This document shows positions 17,417 through 25,039 of a stretch of DNA of 32,000 bases, one piece after another; position 1 is the first letter of the stretch; the number at the start of each line of letters is the position of its first letter. The notes under the pieces are model-generated. The model did not search any database. It was not told where the DNA came from and was given only the letters and a program-made list of their open reading frames with translations. Source of the stretch: Polyangiaceae bacterium (lineage in GTDB: Bacteria; Myxococcota_A; Polyangia; Polyangiales; Polyangiaceae); NCBI GenBank assembly GCA_016719945.1, contig JADJYE010000034.1:66244-98243 (forward strand), given 5' to 3'. Position numbers and translations under genes: made by a program.

Positions 17417-17977
17417 TTGAGCCCCGAGGCGATCGCCACCCACGCATCGGAGGAAGAGGTCGCGCGGCGCGTCGCTGCGGGCGACCGCGCCGCGGAGGTC
17501 GAGCTCTGCAGGCGCTTCGCGCCTCGGGTTCGACTCTACGGTCTGCGCCATCTACGCGAGGAGGAGCGCGCGCGGGACCTCGTGCAGTCGGTGCTGCTGG
17601 TGGTCCTCGAGGCGCTGCGCGCGGGCAAGGTCGACGAGCCCGAGCACATCGATCGCTTCGTGCTGGGGACGGCGCGCAACCTATCCATGAAGCAGCGCGC
17701 GGCGGACGACCGCACGGAGCTGCGTGAGCCGGGCGACCTCGACGTCCACTCCCACCTGCCCGAGCACGCCGCGGTCGACGCGGGCGCGCTCTTCGGCTGC
17801 ATCGAGGGTCTCGAGCCTCGGGCTCGGACCATCCTCTTCATGTCGTTCTATCGCGACAAGACCGCCCAAGAGATCGCGGGGGCGCTGCAGACCACCGCCG
17901 GCAACGTGCGCGTCCTGCGCCATCGCGCGTTCGCCCAGCTCCGCGATTGCCTCGACGGCCACCGGGAGGGCCCGTGA
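17417..17977 (+). CDS. ECF-type sigma-70 family RNA polymerase sigma factor
   Basis: Region 2-like segment DLVQSVLLVVLEAL ... RFVLGTARN and region 4 HTH KTAQEIAGALQTTAGNVRVLRHRAFAQLRDCL. TTG start, 24 bp after the MBL gene stop. Confidence 0.85.
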   Translation: MSPEAIATHASEEEVARRVAAGDRAAEVELCRRFAPRVRLYGLRHLREEERARDLVQSVLLVVLEALRAGKVDEPEHIDRFVLGTARNLSMKQRAADDRTELREPGDLDVHSHLPEHAAVDAGALFGCIEGLEPRARTILFMSFYRDKTAQEIAGALQTTAGNVRVLRHRAFAQLRDCLDGHREGP

Positions 17978-18525
17978 GCGCACCCGCAGGCGAGCACCTC
18001 CCGCTCGAGCTGCTCATCGACTACTTCGCCGATGACGTCGAGCCGGCGCAGCTGGACGCGATCGAGGGGCACCTCTTCGCGTGCACGTCGTGCACCGCGG
18101 AGGCAGAGCGGGTCGTCCAGGTGGTCGCGAGCCTGCGCGCGCTGCCTCCCGTCGGCATCACCCGCGCGCAGATCGCTGCGCTCCAAGCCCGAGGGGTGCG
18201 CGTGCGCGAAGCCGACTTCGCGGCCGAGGTCCGGAAGGTGGCCGAGTTCACGCCGGGCGACGACGTCCTCATCCATCACCTCTCGGGCCTCGACCTCGCG
18301 CACGCCGAGCGCGTTCACGTCACGGTGAAGGTCGAGTCGAGCGGGGCGACCCTCGTGGAGGACCATTTCGCGCCCTTCGATCGCGAGCGCGGGGCGGTCT
18401 CGATCGCGTGCCAGCGCCACTTCGACCGCTTTCCGCCGGACGTGCTGTTCGAAGTGCGAGTGTATGGGCCGGGCCGAGAGCCAGCGCTCTCGAGGTACCT
18501 CGTCCCCCACGTGTTTGGCAGGTAG
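17974..18525 (+). CDS. Zinc-binding (ZAS-type) anti-sigma factor, apparently soluble
   Basis: GTG start overlaps the sigma stop (GTGA at 17974-17977). HLFACTSC is the HxxxCxxC ZAS motif, about 33 residues from the N-terminus. I see no hydrophobic transmembrane stretch in the 183 aa. Confidence 0.7.
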   Translation: MSAPAGEHLPLELLIDYFADDVEPAQLDAIEGHLFACTSCTAEAERVVQVVASLRALPPVGITRAQIAALQARGVRVREADFAAEVRKVAEFTPGDDVLIHHLSGLDLAHAERVHVTVKVESSGATLVEDHFAPFDRERGAVSIACQRHFDRFPPDVLFEVRVYGPGREPALSRYLVPHVFGR

Positions 18526-18526
18526 C

Positions 18527-21500
18527 TCAGAGCGCCTTCACGAACTCACGGCCAAACTCCAGCGGAAACGGGCGATCGGCTGGGTTCAGCGACGTCGCCG
18601 CGCGCATGAGCTTCGCCATCGCCGCCGGGAACGGCTTCAGTCGCTCCGCGTCCTCGAACGGGTCGCGGCGCATGTGCGCGATCATGCGATCGCGGAGGCT
18701 CTCGATGTCGTCGAAGAAGGCGCGGTGTGTCGTCACGTTGTAGATCGTCCCCGCGAGCGCGTAGACGTCGGCGCGGACGTCGAGATCGACCGGGTCCCGG
18801 ATCTGCTCGGGGGCGATGTAGCCGGCGGTCCCGGCGACGAAGCGTCCACACATCTCGGCGGGGACCCGCGTCGCCCGCACCATGCCGAAGTCGATGACGA
18901 CCGCGGTGAGCGGCGGCGTGTTCGCGGGATCCCGGTGCTTCTGCGGATCGAAGCGCTCGCCTCCAGCGAGCGGCAAGCGAAGCCAGATGTTCGCGGGCTT
19001 CAGGTCGCGGTGCACCAAGCCCGCTCCGTGGAGCGACGCGAGGCCCGCGCACGTCTCGACCACGACCTGCCGCAGCTCGACGAGCGCCATCTTCTTCGCG
19101 AACGAGTACTGCTTCAGGTCCGCGCCGATGAGGTACTCGAGGACAAGGAACGGGACGCCGTCCGAGACGCCGCGGTCGATGATGTTGGCGACGTTGGGGT
19201 GATACAGGCCGGCGAGCGCCTTCGCCTCCTCGACGAACGACGCGAGGATCCCCTCCCGCTCTTCGTCCGTCGCGCTCTGGAGCGCGTCGGCCTTCGGGAT
19301 CTTGAGGACGAAGAAGCGATCCGCGCCGGGCTTGCGCACGAGCCACACGGAGCCGATTCCGCCCTCGCCGAGCGGCTTCACCAGCTCGTAGCCGTGGATC
19401 GTCGTCGGCTCCTTGCGGCGCGCGACGGTCGACGGGGGCGTGCGATCGATCGCCGCGCTGACCGCCTGCTCGATCAACGTCGACGTGACCGGGCCGAGCG
19501 TCGCGAGCCACACGTCGAGCATCGCCAGGTCCCGGCTCCGGATGGCGCGGGCGACGAGCGCGGCGGTGCGCGGCGCGCTCTCCGCCTCATGGCGCGTGAG
19601 CGAGTCGGGCGGCGTCTCTCCGCCGGCGGGGTGGAGCGCTTTCACCGGGTTGGCGAGGGCCGCGTGCAGCCGGTTCGCCGAGGTGACCAGCTCCTGGCAC
19701 ATCACCTCGAGCTCGCCCATCGTCCCGCTCGCGTCCGCGAAGGAGGCGAGGGCCACCGCGAGCCCGTCCAGCGCCCACGCGAGCTCGGTCTCCTCTGCGT
19801 GCAGGGCGGCGAGCGCCTCGTCGGCGTCAGCCTGCCAGTCGCCGTCCGCGGCCTTCGAAGACACCGCCGTTCGCAAGCGCTCGGACTGCTCGATGCATTG
19901 ATCGAGCGCCGATTTGGCCATCAGCGGCAGCGCCATCGCGAGCTGGTTGAGCACCGCGGGGCGATCGATCACCAGCGCCCACCAAGCCGCGAACGGGCCC
20001 AGCCACCGGACGTCGTCGACCTCCCCCAGGGCGGTGCCGCGCGTGGTGTCCACCAGCCGCCAGAACAGCGCAGAGAGTGCGCCCTTCAGCGCCTCGGGGA
20101 GCTCGCGCGAGCCCGTGATCAGCCCGTCGATCTTGCGCAGCCATTGGCATGTGTCGTGAGCCGTCGGGCCGCGGTCGGCGGGCCGGCTGCACGCGTCGAG
20201 GGCGTAGCCGCCGAGCCGGATCGCGAGGACCTCCAGCGTGAGGTCGGTCGCGGCGTCGGCTTCGTCGGTGCCGCGCCTCGTGTTGACGTTGTCGAGCAGC
20301 TCGGCGGGGGCCTTCGCGAGCATGTCCCACGTCGACGCGAGCGTAGGCGTCTCACCCGCCTCGCCGCTGCCGGTCGCCAGCAGCGGCTCCCACAGCTGCA
20401 GAGCGAACGTCCGCGCGCAGCCCTCGACCGCGTTGATCGCGCCCGCGCGCTGCCGAGTCGGCCCCGGCGCGAGCGCAATGCGGCGCGCCTCCTGGAAGGA
20501 GGACGCGAGCGACGTCGCGAAGCGCGCGGCCCGCGCGTCGGCCTCATCGTCCTCGAACTGCGCAGCGAGGCGCACGAGGTTCTCCATGCCCACCTCGAGA
20601 TCGAGCGGGTCGCGCTCGGCGCCCTCGACCACGTCCGTGATCGCCACGACCTCGATCCAACGGCGCAGATCCTCGAGGGAGGTGGCGTGGGCGGCGCGGG
20701 CCATCGCTCGCAGCGCGCGGAACGGACGCTCGAGCTCGGGGTCGCGCACCCCCCTCCGCCAGAGCGTGGCGATCCCCCGGGCCATCGCCCGGGCCGCGAT
20801 CGCACCGCCGTCCCCCGCCAGGATGCGCTTGGCGAGTCGATCCCACAGCACCCGTCGTTCGAAGAACAGGTAGGGCGTGGCCGCGGCCACGGCCGCCAGC
20901 ACCCACGCCTCCTCATCGCGTGAGTCGAGGATCGCGATCAGCTGGCTGGCGAGGAAGCGCAGGCGCTCGCCGGGCAGCGACGCGAACGCCGTCATCGCGC
21001 GCTGCCGCAGCACTCGAGAGTCGCCGAGGACCCAGTCGAGCAGGGTGCTCTCGAGCTGCTCGAGCGCGCCGGTGAGCCGCCCCAGAGCGCGCGCCGCGTG
21101 AACCCAGACGAGCGGCTCGGGGTGCAGGAGGAGCGGCTGAAGGACCTGGAGGGTCTGGCCGACCAGCTTCGGATCCGTCGTGGCGGGCATGCTCCGCGCG
21201 GTCACCTCGAGGCAGCGCGCCGCGAGGACGCGACCCAGCAAATTGGCGTGGGCCGGCTGCCCGATCAGGGCGTCGAAGGTCCCCGCGTTGCCCCAGATCC
21301 ACGGGCCCATGCTGGGCACCTCGAGCGCGCTCGAGCCGGCCTCCCAGATCAGGATCTCGAGGCGCGCGATCGCCTCGGAGTTGTCGGGCGTGATGAGCTG
21401 GGCGCCTTCGCCGAGCAACGGCGCGCAGGCCAGCGCGTCGAGCAGGGGCCCGCGCGTCACCCGCCTCCGCGCCACGAAGACGACGTGCTCCGCGTAGCTG

Positions 21501-21826
21501 GACTTGGCCGCGACGCGCAGCAGCCGCGCGAGCTGCACGTCGCGTCGGGCCGCGCTCGAGTGGGCGAGCGTCAGCAATACGGCGCCCTCCGCGCTCCGGA
21601 ACAGATCCGCGAGGCCGTCGATCGTCGCGTCGCTCTGGGTGAGCTCCGGGAAGGCCGCCGCGAGACCGTCGGCCGCCGCGCGAACCTCGGCGGGGATCTC
21701 GCCTTGGGGCGCGGGCCCGAGCCCCACCCGCTCCCAGCGAGCGCTCACCGCGTGCTCCACCAAGGGGTGAGCCTCGAACGTTGCAGCGAGCAGGGCGAGC
21801 GCTTGGCGTACCTGTTCCGGGGACAT
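18527..21826 (-). CDS. Hanks-type Ser/Thr protein kinase with an ~810-aa helical N-terminal domain and a C-terminal catalytic domain
   Basis: The last 287 aa carry GEGGIGSVW (G-loop), VLKIPK (Lys), HRDLKPANI, DFG and GTAGYIAPE. The N-terminal ~810 aa are Ala/Leu-rich with no transmembrane segment and no domain I recognise. Confidence 0.85.
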   Translation of the reverse strand: MSPEQVRQALALLAATFEAHPLVEHAVSARWERVGLGPAPQGEIPAEVRAAADGLAAAFPELTQSDATIDGLADLFRSAEGAVLLTLAHSSAARRDVQLARLLRVAAKSSYAEHVVFVARRRVTRGPLLDALACAPLLGEGAQLITPDNSEAIARLEILIWEAGSSALEVPSMGPWIWGNAGTFDALIGQPAHANLLGRVLAARCLEVTARSMPATTDPKLVGQTLQVLQPLLLHPEPLVWVHAARALGRLTGALEQLESTLLDWVLGDSRVLRQRAMTAFASLPGERLRFLASQLIAILDSRDEEAWVLAAVAAATPYLFFERRVLWDRLAKRILAGDGGAIAARAMARGIATLWRRGVRDPELERPFRALRAMARAAHATSLEDLRRWIEVVAITDVVEGAERDPLDLEVGMENLVRLAAQFEDDEADARAARFATSLASSFQEARRIALAPGPTRQRAGAINAVEGCARTFALQLWEPLLATGSGEAGETPTLASTWDMLAKAPAELLDNVNTRRGTDEADAATDLTLEVLAIRLGGYALDACSRPADRGPTAHDTCQWLRKIDGLITGSRELPEALKGALSALFWRLVDTTRGTALGEVDDVRWLGPFAAWWALVIDRPAVLNQLAMALPLMAKSALDQCIEQSERLRTAVSSKAADGDWQADADEALAALHAEETELAWALDGLAVALASFADASGTMGELEVMCQELVTSANRLHAALANPVKALHPAGGETPPDSLTRHEAESAPRTAALVARAIRSRDLAMLDVWLATLGPVTSTLIEQAVSAAIDRTPPSTVARRKEPTTIHGYELVKPLGEGGIGSVWLVRKPGADRFFVLKIPKADALQSATDEEREGILASFVEEAKALAGLYHPNVANIIDRGVSDGVPFLVLEYLIGADLKQYSFAKKMALVELRQVVVETCAGLASLHGAGLVHRDLKPANIWLRLPLAGGERFDPQKHRDPANTPPLTAVVIDFGMVRATRVPAEMCGRFVAGTAGYIAPEQIRDPVDLDVRADVYALAGTIYNVTTHRAFFDDIESLRDRMIAHMRRDPFEDAERLKPFPAAMAKLMRAATSLNPADRPFPLEFGREFVKAL
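18530..19390 (-). other. Protein kinase catalytic domain (C-terminal 287 aa of the kinase)
   Basis: The kinase subdomain motifs listed above. About 32 residues separate the catalytic-loop Asn from DFG, so there is an insert (WLRLPLAGGERFDPQKHRDPANTPPLTAVV). Confidence 0.8.
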
Positions 21827-21844
21827 GTCGATCGCGTGAGTCCT

Positions 21845-22882
21845 TCAGCGAGCGGCGACCGGGCCGATGTAGGAGGTGGCCGCGACGACGTTGTCGTACC
21901 ACTTCTTGGTCGGGCCTGCGGGGTTCGATCCGATGTGGAACGACAAGCCGAAGCGGTCGATCTTCAGGGAGGCGACGTCGCGAAAGCGCAGGTTGCCGAA
22001 GTCGGCGACCAGCTCGCCGTCGACCCACACCGTGACGCGCCCGTCGCGTTGTCCCGGGGTGTTCGCGCGAACCATGTACTCGTAGCAGGTCCAGCGATCC
22101 AGCTCGCTGAGGATATCGGGTCGCGGCACGAAGTCCGACCCGAAGTCGAAGGGCTGGCTCGAGTTGGGCAAGACCGTGCCCGTCGGGAAGAAGTGGTCGC
22201 CCCACTGGCTCCGCTGCTCCGGGTGGTAGACGTACAGGTTGAGGTGGCCCGGCGAAGGCGTGGCTGCCTCGCCTCGCCAGTTCTCGAGGTTGACCAGGAA
22301 CTTGTTGACCCCATCGGCGGGGACCCCGGGCGTGGCTTGCCCATCGATGAAGTAATGGGCCGAGATGCTCGAGCCGTTGTGGCTCGAGCCGACCACGTCG
22401 TACGGCGGCTGGAACTTCGAGTAGTAGCGGAGAAACAGCGCGTCCCGCTCTTCGAGGAGCGTCTTGTCGACGGCGTTGCTGAGCTCATTGTCTTGCTGCG
22501 GTACGTTCATCTCCAGCGACCTCGCACCGCCGAAGACGTTGGGTGCCTCGGTCGCGATGCGCAGCTGTGACAGCTGATACACCGCGTCCCACGGACCCTG
22601 CAGGTCGTCGGCGACCGCGTAGTCTTCGAAGCCATCCGCGAAGAGCACGTCGGGGTGGGCCTCGATCCCCACGTCTTGGGGATAGTCGGCGGCGATCCCC
22701 CCGCCGGCTGCGGGCGGTGCACCGCCGCTCGCAGCCGCCCCGCCCGTGCTGGCTTGAGCGCCCGAGCCACCTGCGTTCTCGGCGCCGCTGCCGCCTCCCC
22801 CTGTCGAGCTGGCCGATGAGTCTCCGCACCCGGCGAGCCACGCGGAAAACGCGAGCAGCGACCCGACCCAACCCGACCTCAT
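21845..22882 (-). CDS. Secreted lipoprotein, concanavalin-like / polysaccharide-lyase-like fold (tentative)
   Basis: The internal ATG at 22882 gives MRSGWVGSLLAFSAWLAGC (lipobox), then a Gly/Ser/Ala linker. The C-terminal pattern WTCYEYMVRANTPGQRDGRVTVWVDGELVADFGNLRFRD ... IDRFGLSFHIG resembles the Polysacc_lyase-type jelly-roll as I recall it. It ends 18 bp before the kinase start. Confidence 0.6.
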   Translation of the reverse strand: MRSGWVGSLLAFSAWLAGCGDSSASSTGGGGSGAENAGGSGAQASTGGAAASGGAPPAAGGGIAADYPQDVGIEAHPDVLFADGFEDYAVADDLQGPWDAVYQLSQLRIATEAPNVFGGARSLEMNVPQQDNELSNAVDKTLLEERDALFLRYYSKFQPPYDVVGSSHNGSSISAHYFIDGQATPGVPADGVNKFLVNLENWRGEAATPSPGHLNLYVYHPEQRSQWGDHFFPTGTVLPNSSQPFDFGSDFVPRPDILSELDRWTCYEYMVRANTPGQRDGRVTVWVDGELVADFGNLRFRDVASLKIDRFGLSFHIGSNPAGPTKKWYDNVVAATSYIGPVAAR

Positions 22883-22955
22883 ACGGGCATCGTCGCAGGT
22901 TCGCGGCGGACCGTCGACTCGCGCACGCCATGGCTCTTCGCGGAGGCCCTTGGAC

Positions 22956-23417
22956 GTGATGACATCGCGGGGCGTGCACAAGCTCCTCGCTATGCTCTTG
23001 TTCGTGACCGCGTCGGCCTGCTCGGCGCCTCCGTCGAAGCTCCCGCAGACAGAGGTGCTGCGCTTCGGCGTGTCCCACATGGGCGGATCCTACGGCTTCG
23101 TCGTCAGGAGCGACGGCGCGGCGGAGTATCAAGAGTCGCGGCCCCCGCAAGGCGAGGTGAAGGTCACCGCGCGGGTCAGCGAGCAAGAGCTGAAGGAGCT
23201 GGCCTCCCTCCTGCGCGCTCGCGGCTTCTGCTCCAACGTCTCCTCGCGCAAGAGAGGCGTCCCGGACGAGGCTCGCCCGCGCGTCAGCGTCCGGCTCGAA
23301 GGCCTCGATTGCGAGGTGCAGATGTGGGACGGCGAGTTTCGAGACGATCCGGCGGCGTTCGAGGCGCTCCGGGCCGTCGAGGCGCTCGGCAGCGTGATTC
23401 GTGACCGTGGTCGCTGA
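22956..23417 (+). CDS. Small lipoprotein, unknown function
   Basis: Signal peptide plus lipobox HKLLAMLLFVTASAC. GGAGG at 22942-22946 lies 9 nt before GTG 22956 and 12 nt before ATG 22959; the exact start is ambiguous (22950, 22956 or 22959). Confidence 0.55.
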   Translation: MMTSRGVHKLLAMLLFVTASACSAPPSKLPQTEVLRFGVSHMGGSYGFVVRSDGAAEYQESRPPQGEVKVTARVSEQELKELASLLRARGFCSNVSSRKRGVPDEARPRVSVRLEGLDCEVQMWDGEFRDDPAAFEALRAVEALGSVIRDRGR

Positions 23418-25038
23418 GCCGCACCCCTCGCACCACGCGCGTCCCGAGCTCTTCGACGTCCCGTCGGTCGCGGAGGCCTGTGCGGGGGCGCTCGAGCGGC
23501 TCCAAGGCTGGGCTGGAGATCCCGGCGCGGGACCGATCGTCGTCGTCATCCGAGGTGCTCGCGGAGCTGGGGCTTCGACGCTTGGACGTGAGCTCGCTCG
23601 CCGCGCCTCGACAGCGGGGCCGGTGGTCGTGGTCCCGTGTGAGATCGGCGAGGCTGCGCCCGCCGCCGCCGTGTTCGACGCGGTTCGTCGCGCGGTCCCG
23701 CTCGACGCAGACCGCGCGGGGCGCGCCCCGCGCGGGGCGGTGGAGGTGTCGCTGGCGATCGGCCAGCGTCTTCGCCGCGCCGGCGCCCGCGTCCTGTTGC
23801 TCCTCGACGAGATCGACGCGCCCGCCGAGGCCTCCGTCGCCTCCCTCGTCGCCCACCTGAGCCAACGAGGCCGCGGCGCCGCCTCGGTCGTCTGCGTGAT
23901 CCGAGGGCCGACGCGGGGTCCCGTGGCTGCGGCGCGTGTGGAGCACGACGCCGAGCTCGTCATCGACGCCGACGCGACGGCCGCTTGGATTCAGCGCCGG
24001 CTGTTCGGCGACCAACCCGGCTCGGTCGACCCTGGCCTGATCGGCCTCGCCGTCCGCATCACGGAGCGCCTGGGCGTCCCGCCTCTCGGCGTGCTCAGCG
24101 CAATGGTCGACTCGCTTGCCCTGCGCGGCGGTCGCCGCGCGGTGCTCAGCGACCTGTACCCGCTCGTCGCCGACCACCTCCCAGCGGCCGTCGGCCTCCT
24201 CTGTGACAGCCTCGATGAGCAGGCTCCAGAGGGTCGTGCCCTGCGCGCCGTCGCCCTCCTGGAGGTCGCCCACCTCGAGGCGAGCGAGGCCGAGCTCGCG
24301 CGGTGGCTCTTGGTGCCTCCGCGCGACCCAACCGAGAGCAACGCCCTCCGCGCTGCGCTGGTACGGCTTCGCGAGCGGGGCGCGCTCGTGGCGCGAGCCC
24401 CCGACGTCGACTGGCTCGCCACGTCCTCTGCGCTCGACTGGCTCCACGCCCGCGAGCGGATCGAGGTGACCGCCGACGAGGTCAGCGACCTCATCATCGA
24501 GGCGCTGCGGGTCGCCATCGCCGACATCGCCGCGACCGACGGTGAAGTCGGGCGAGGTGGGCTTCGCGTTCTCTTCGGGGACGGGCACCGCGCGCACGAG
24601 GCACCCGTCCTGTTCGAGGCCGGAGATCACCCACGAACGATCGACGTCCGGCATGTCGCCGAGTCACGACGCGCCGAGGCCACTTGGCTGAACAACTCGG
24701 GACATCCGTCGCTGGCGGGCCGGGTCGTCTGGATCGCTGGGGGCGACCACGCGAGCGTCCTCGCCGCGGGCCGCGAGGTCGCTCGCTCTCGCCACCAGAT
24801 CCGGCGAGCGACGCCGGTGCTGAAGGAGGCGGCGCCCGACGTCGACCGGCTGCTCTCCCGCGAGGCGCGGGTTCTCGACGTCGCGCAGGAACGCTTCCGC
24901 GCCGCGTTGGTTGGCTCGCTCGTCCGAGGTGAGCTGTACGTCGAGGGCAGGCACCTGCCCCGTGAGGCGCTGCCTGACTCGGGCGCCGATCTCGCTGCCG
25001 CGCTGAGGCGCGCATGGCGCGCCGCCCCCATTCGCTGA
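23401..25038 (+). CDS. ORC/Cdc6- or STAND-like P-loop NTPase homologue with a degenerate Walker A
   Basis: PIVVVIRGARGAGASTLGRELA is a P-loop context in which Ala replaces the invariant Lys. The Walker B-like motif is ARVLLLLDEID. A helical C-terminal half follows. The GTG start overlaps the preceding lipoprotein gene by 17 nt. G/C third-position bias supports this frame over the antisense 456-aa ORF. Confidence 0.55.
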   Translation: MTVVAEPHPSHHARPELFDVPSVAEACAGALERLQGWAGDPGAGPIVVVIRGARGAGASTLGRELARRASTAGPVVVVPCEIGEAAPAAAVFDAVRRAVPLDADRAGRAPRGAVEVSLAIGQRLRRAGARVLLLLDEIDAPAEASVASLVAHLSQRGRGAASVVCVIRGPTRGPVAAARVEHDAELVIDADATAAWIQRRLFGDQPGSVDPGLIGLAVRITERLGVPPLGVLSAMVDSLALRGGRRAVLSDLYPLVADHLPAAVGLLCDSLDEQAPEGRALRAVALLEVAHLEASEAELARWLLVPPRDPTESNALRAALVRLRERGALVARAPDVDWLATSSALDWLHARERIEVTADEVSDLIIEALRVAIADIAATDGEVGRGGLRVLFGDGHRAHEAPVLFEAGDHPRTIDVRHVAESRRAEATWLNNSGHPSLAGRVVWIAGGDHASVLAAGREVARSRHQIRRATPVLKEAAPDVDRLLSREARVLDVAQERFRAALVGSLVRGELYVEGRHLPREALPDSGADLAAALRRAWRAAPIR

Positions 25039-25039
25039 G

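Noticed and set aside
22900-22946. Direct repeat ttcgcggcgg / ttcgcggagg (9 of 10 matches, 37 bp apart) in the divergent lipoprotein promoter region
   Set aside because: An imperfect GC-rich 10-mer pair in a 76-bp GC-rich segment is within chance expectation. The second copy also contains the GGAGG ribosome-binding site.
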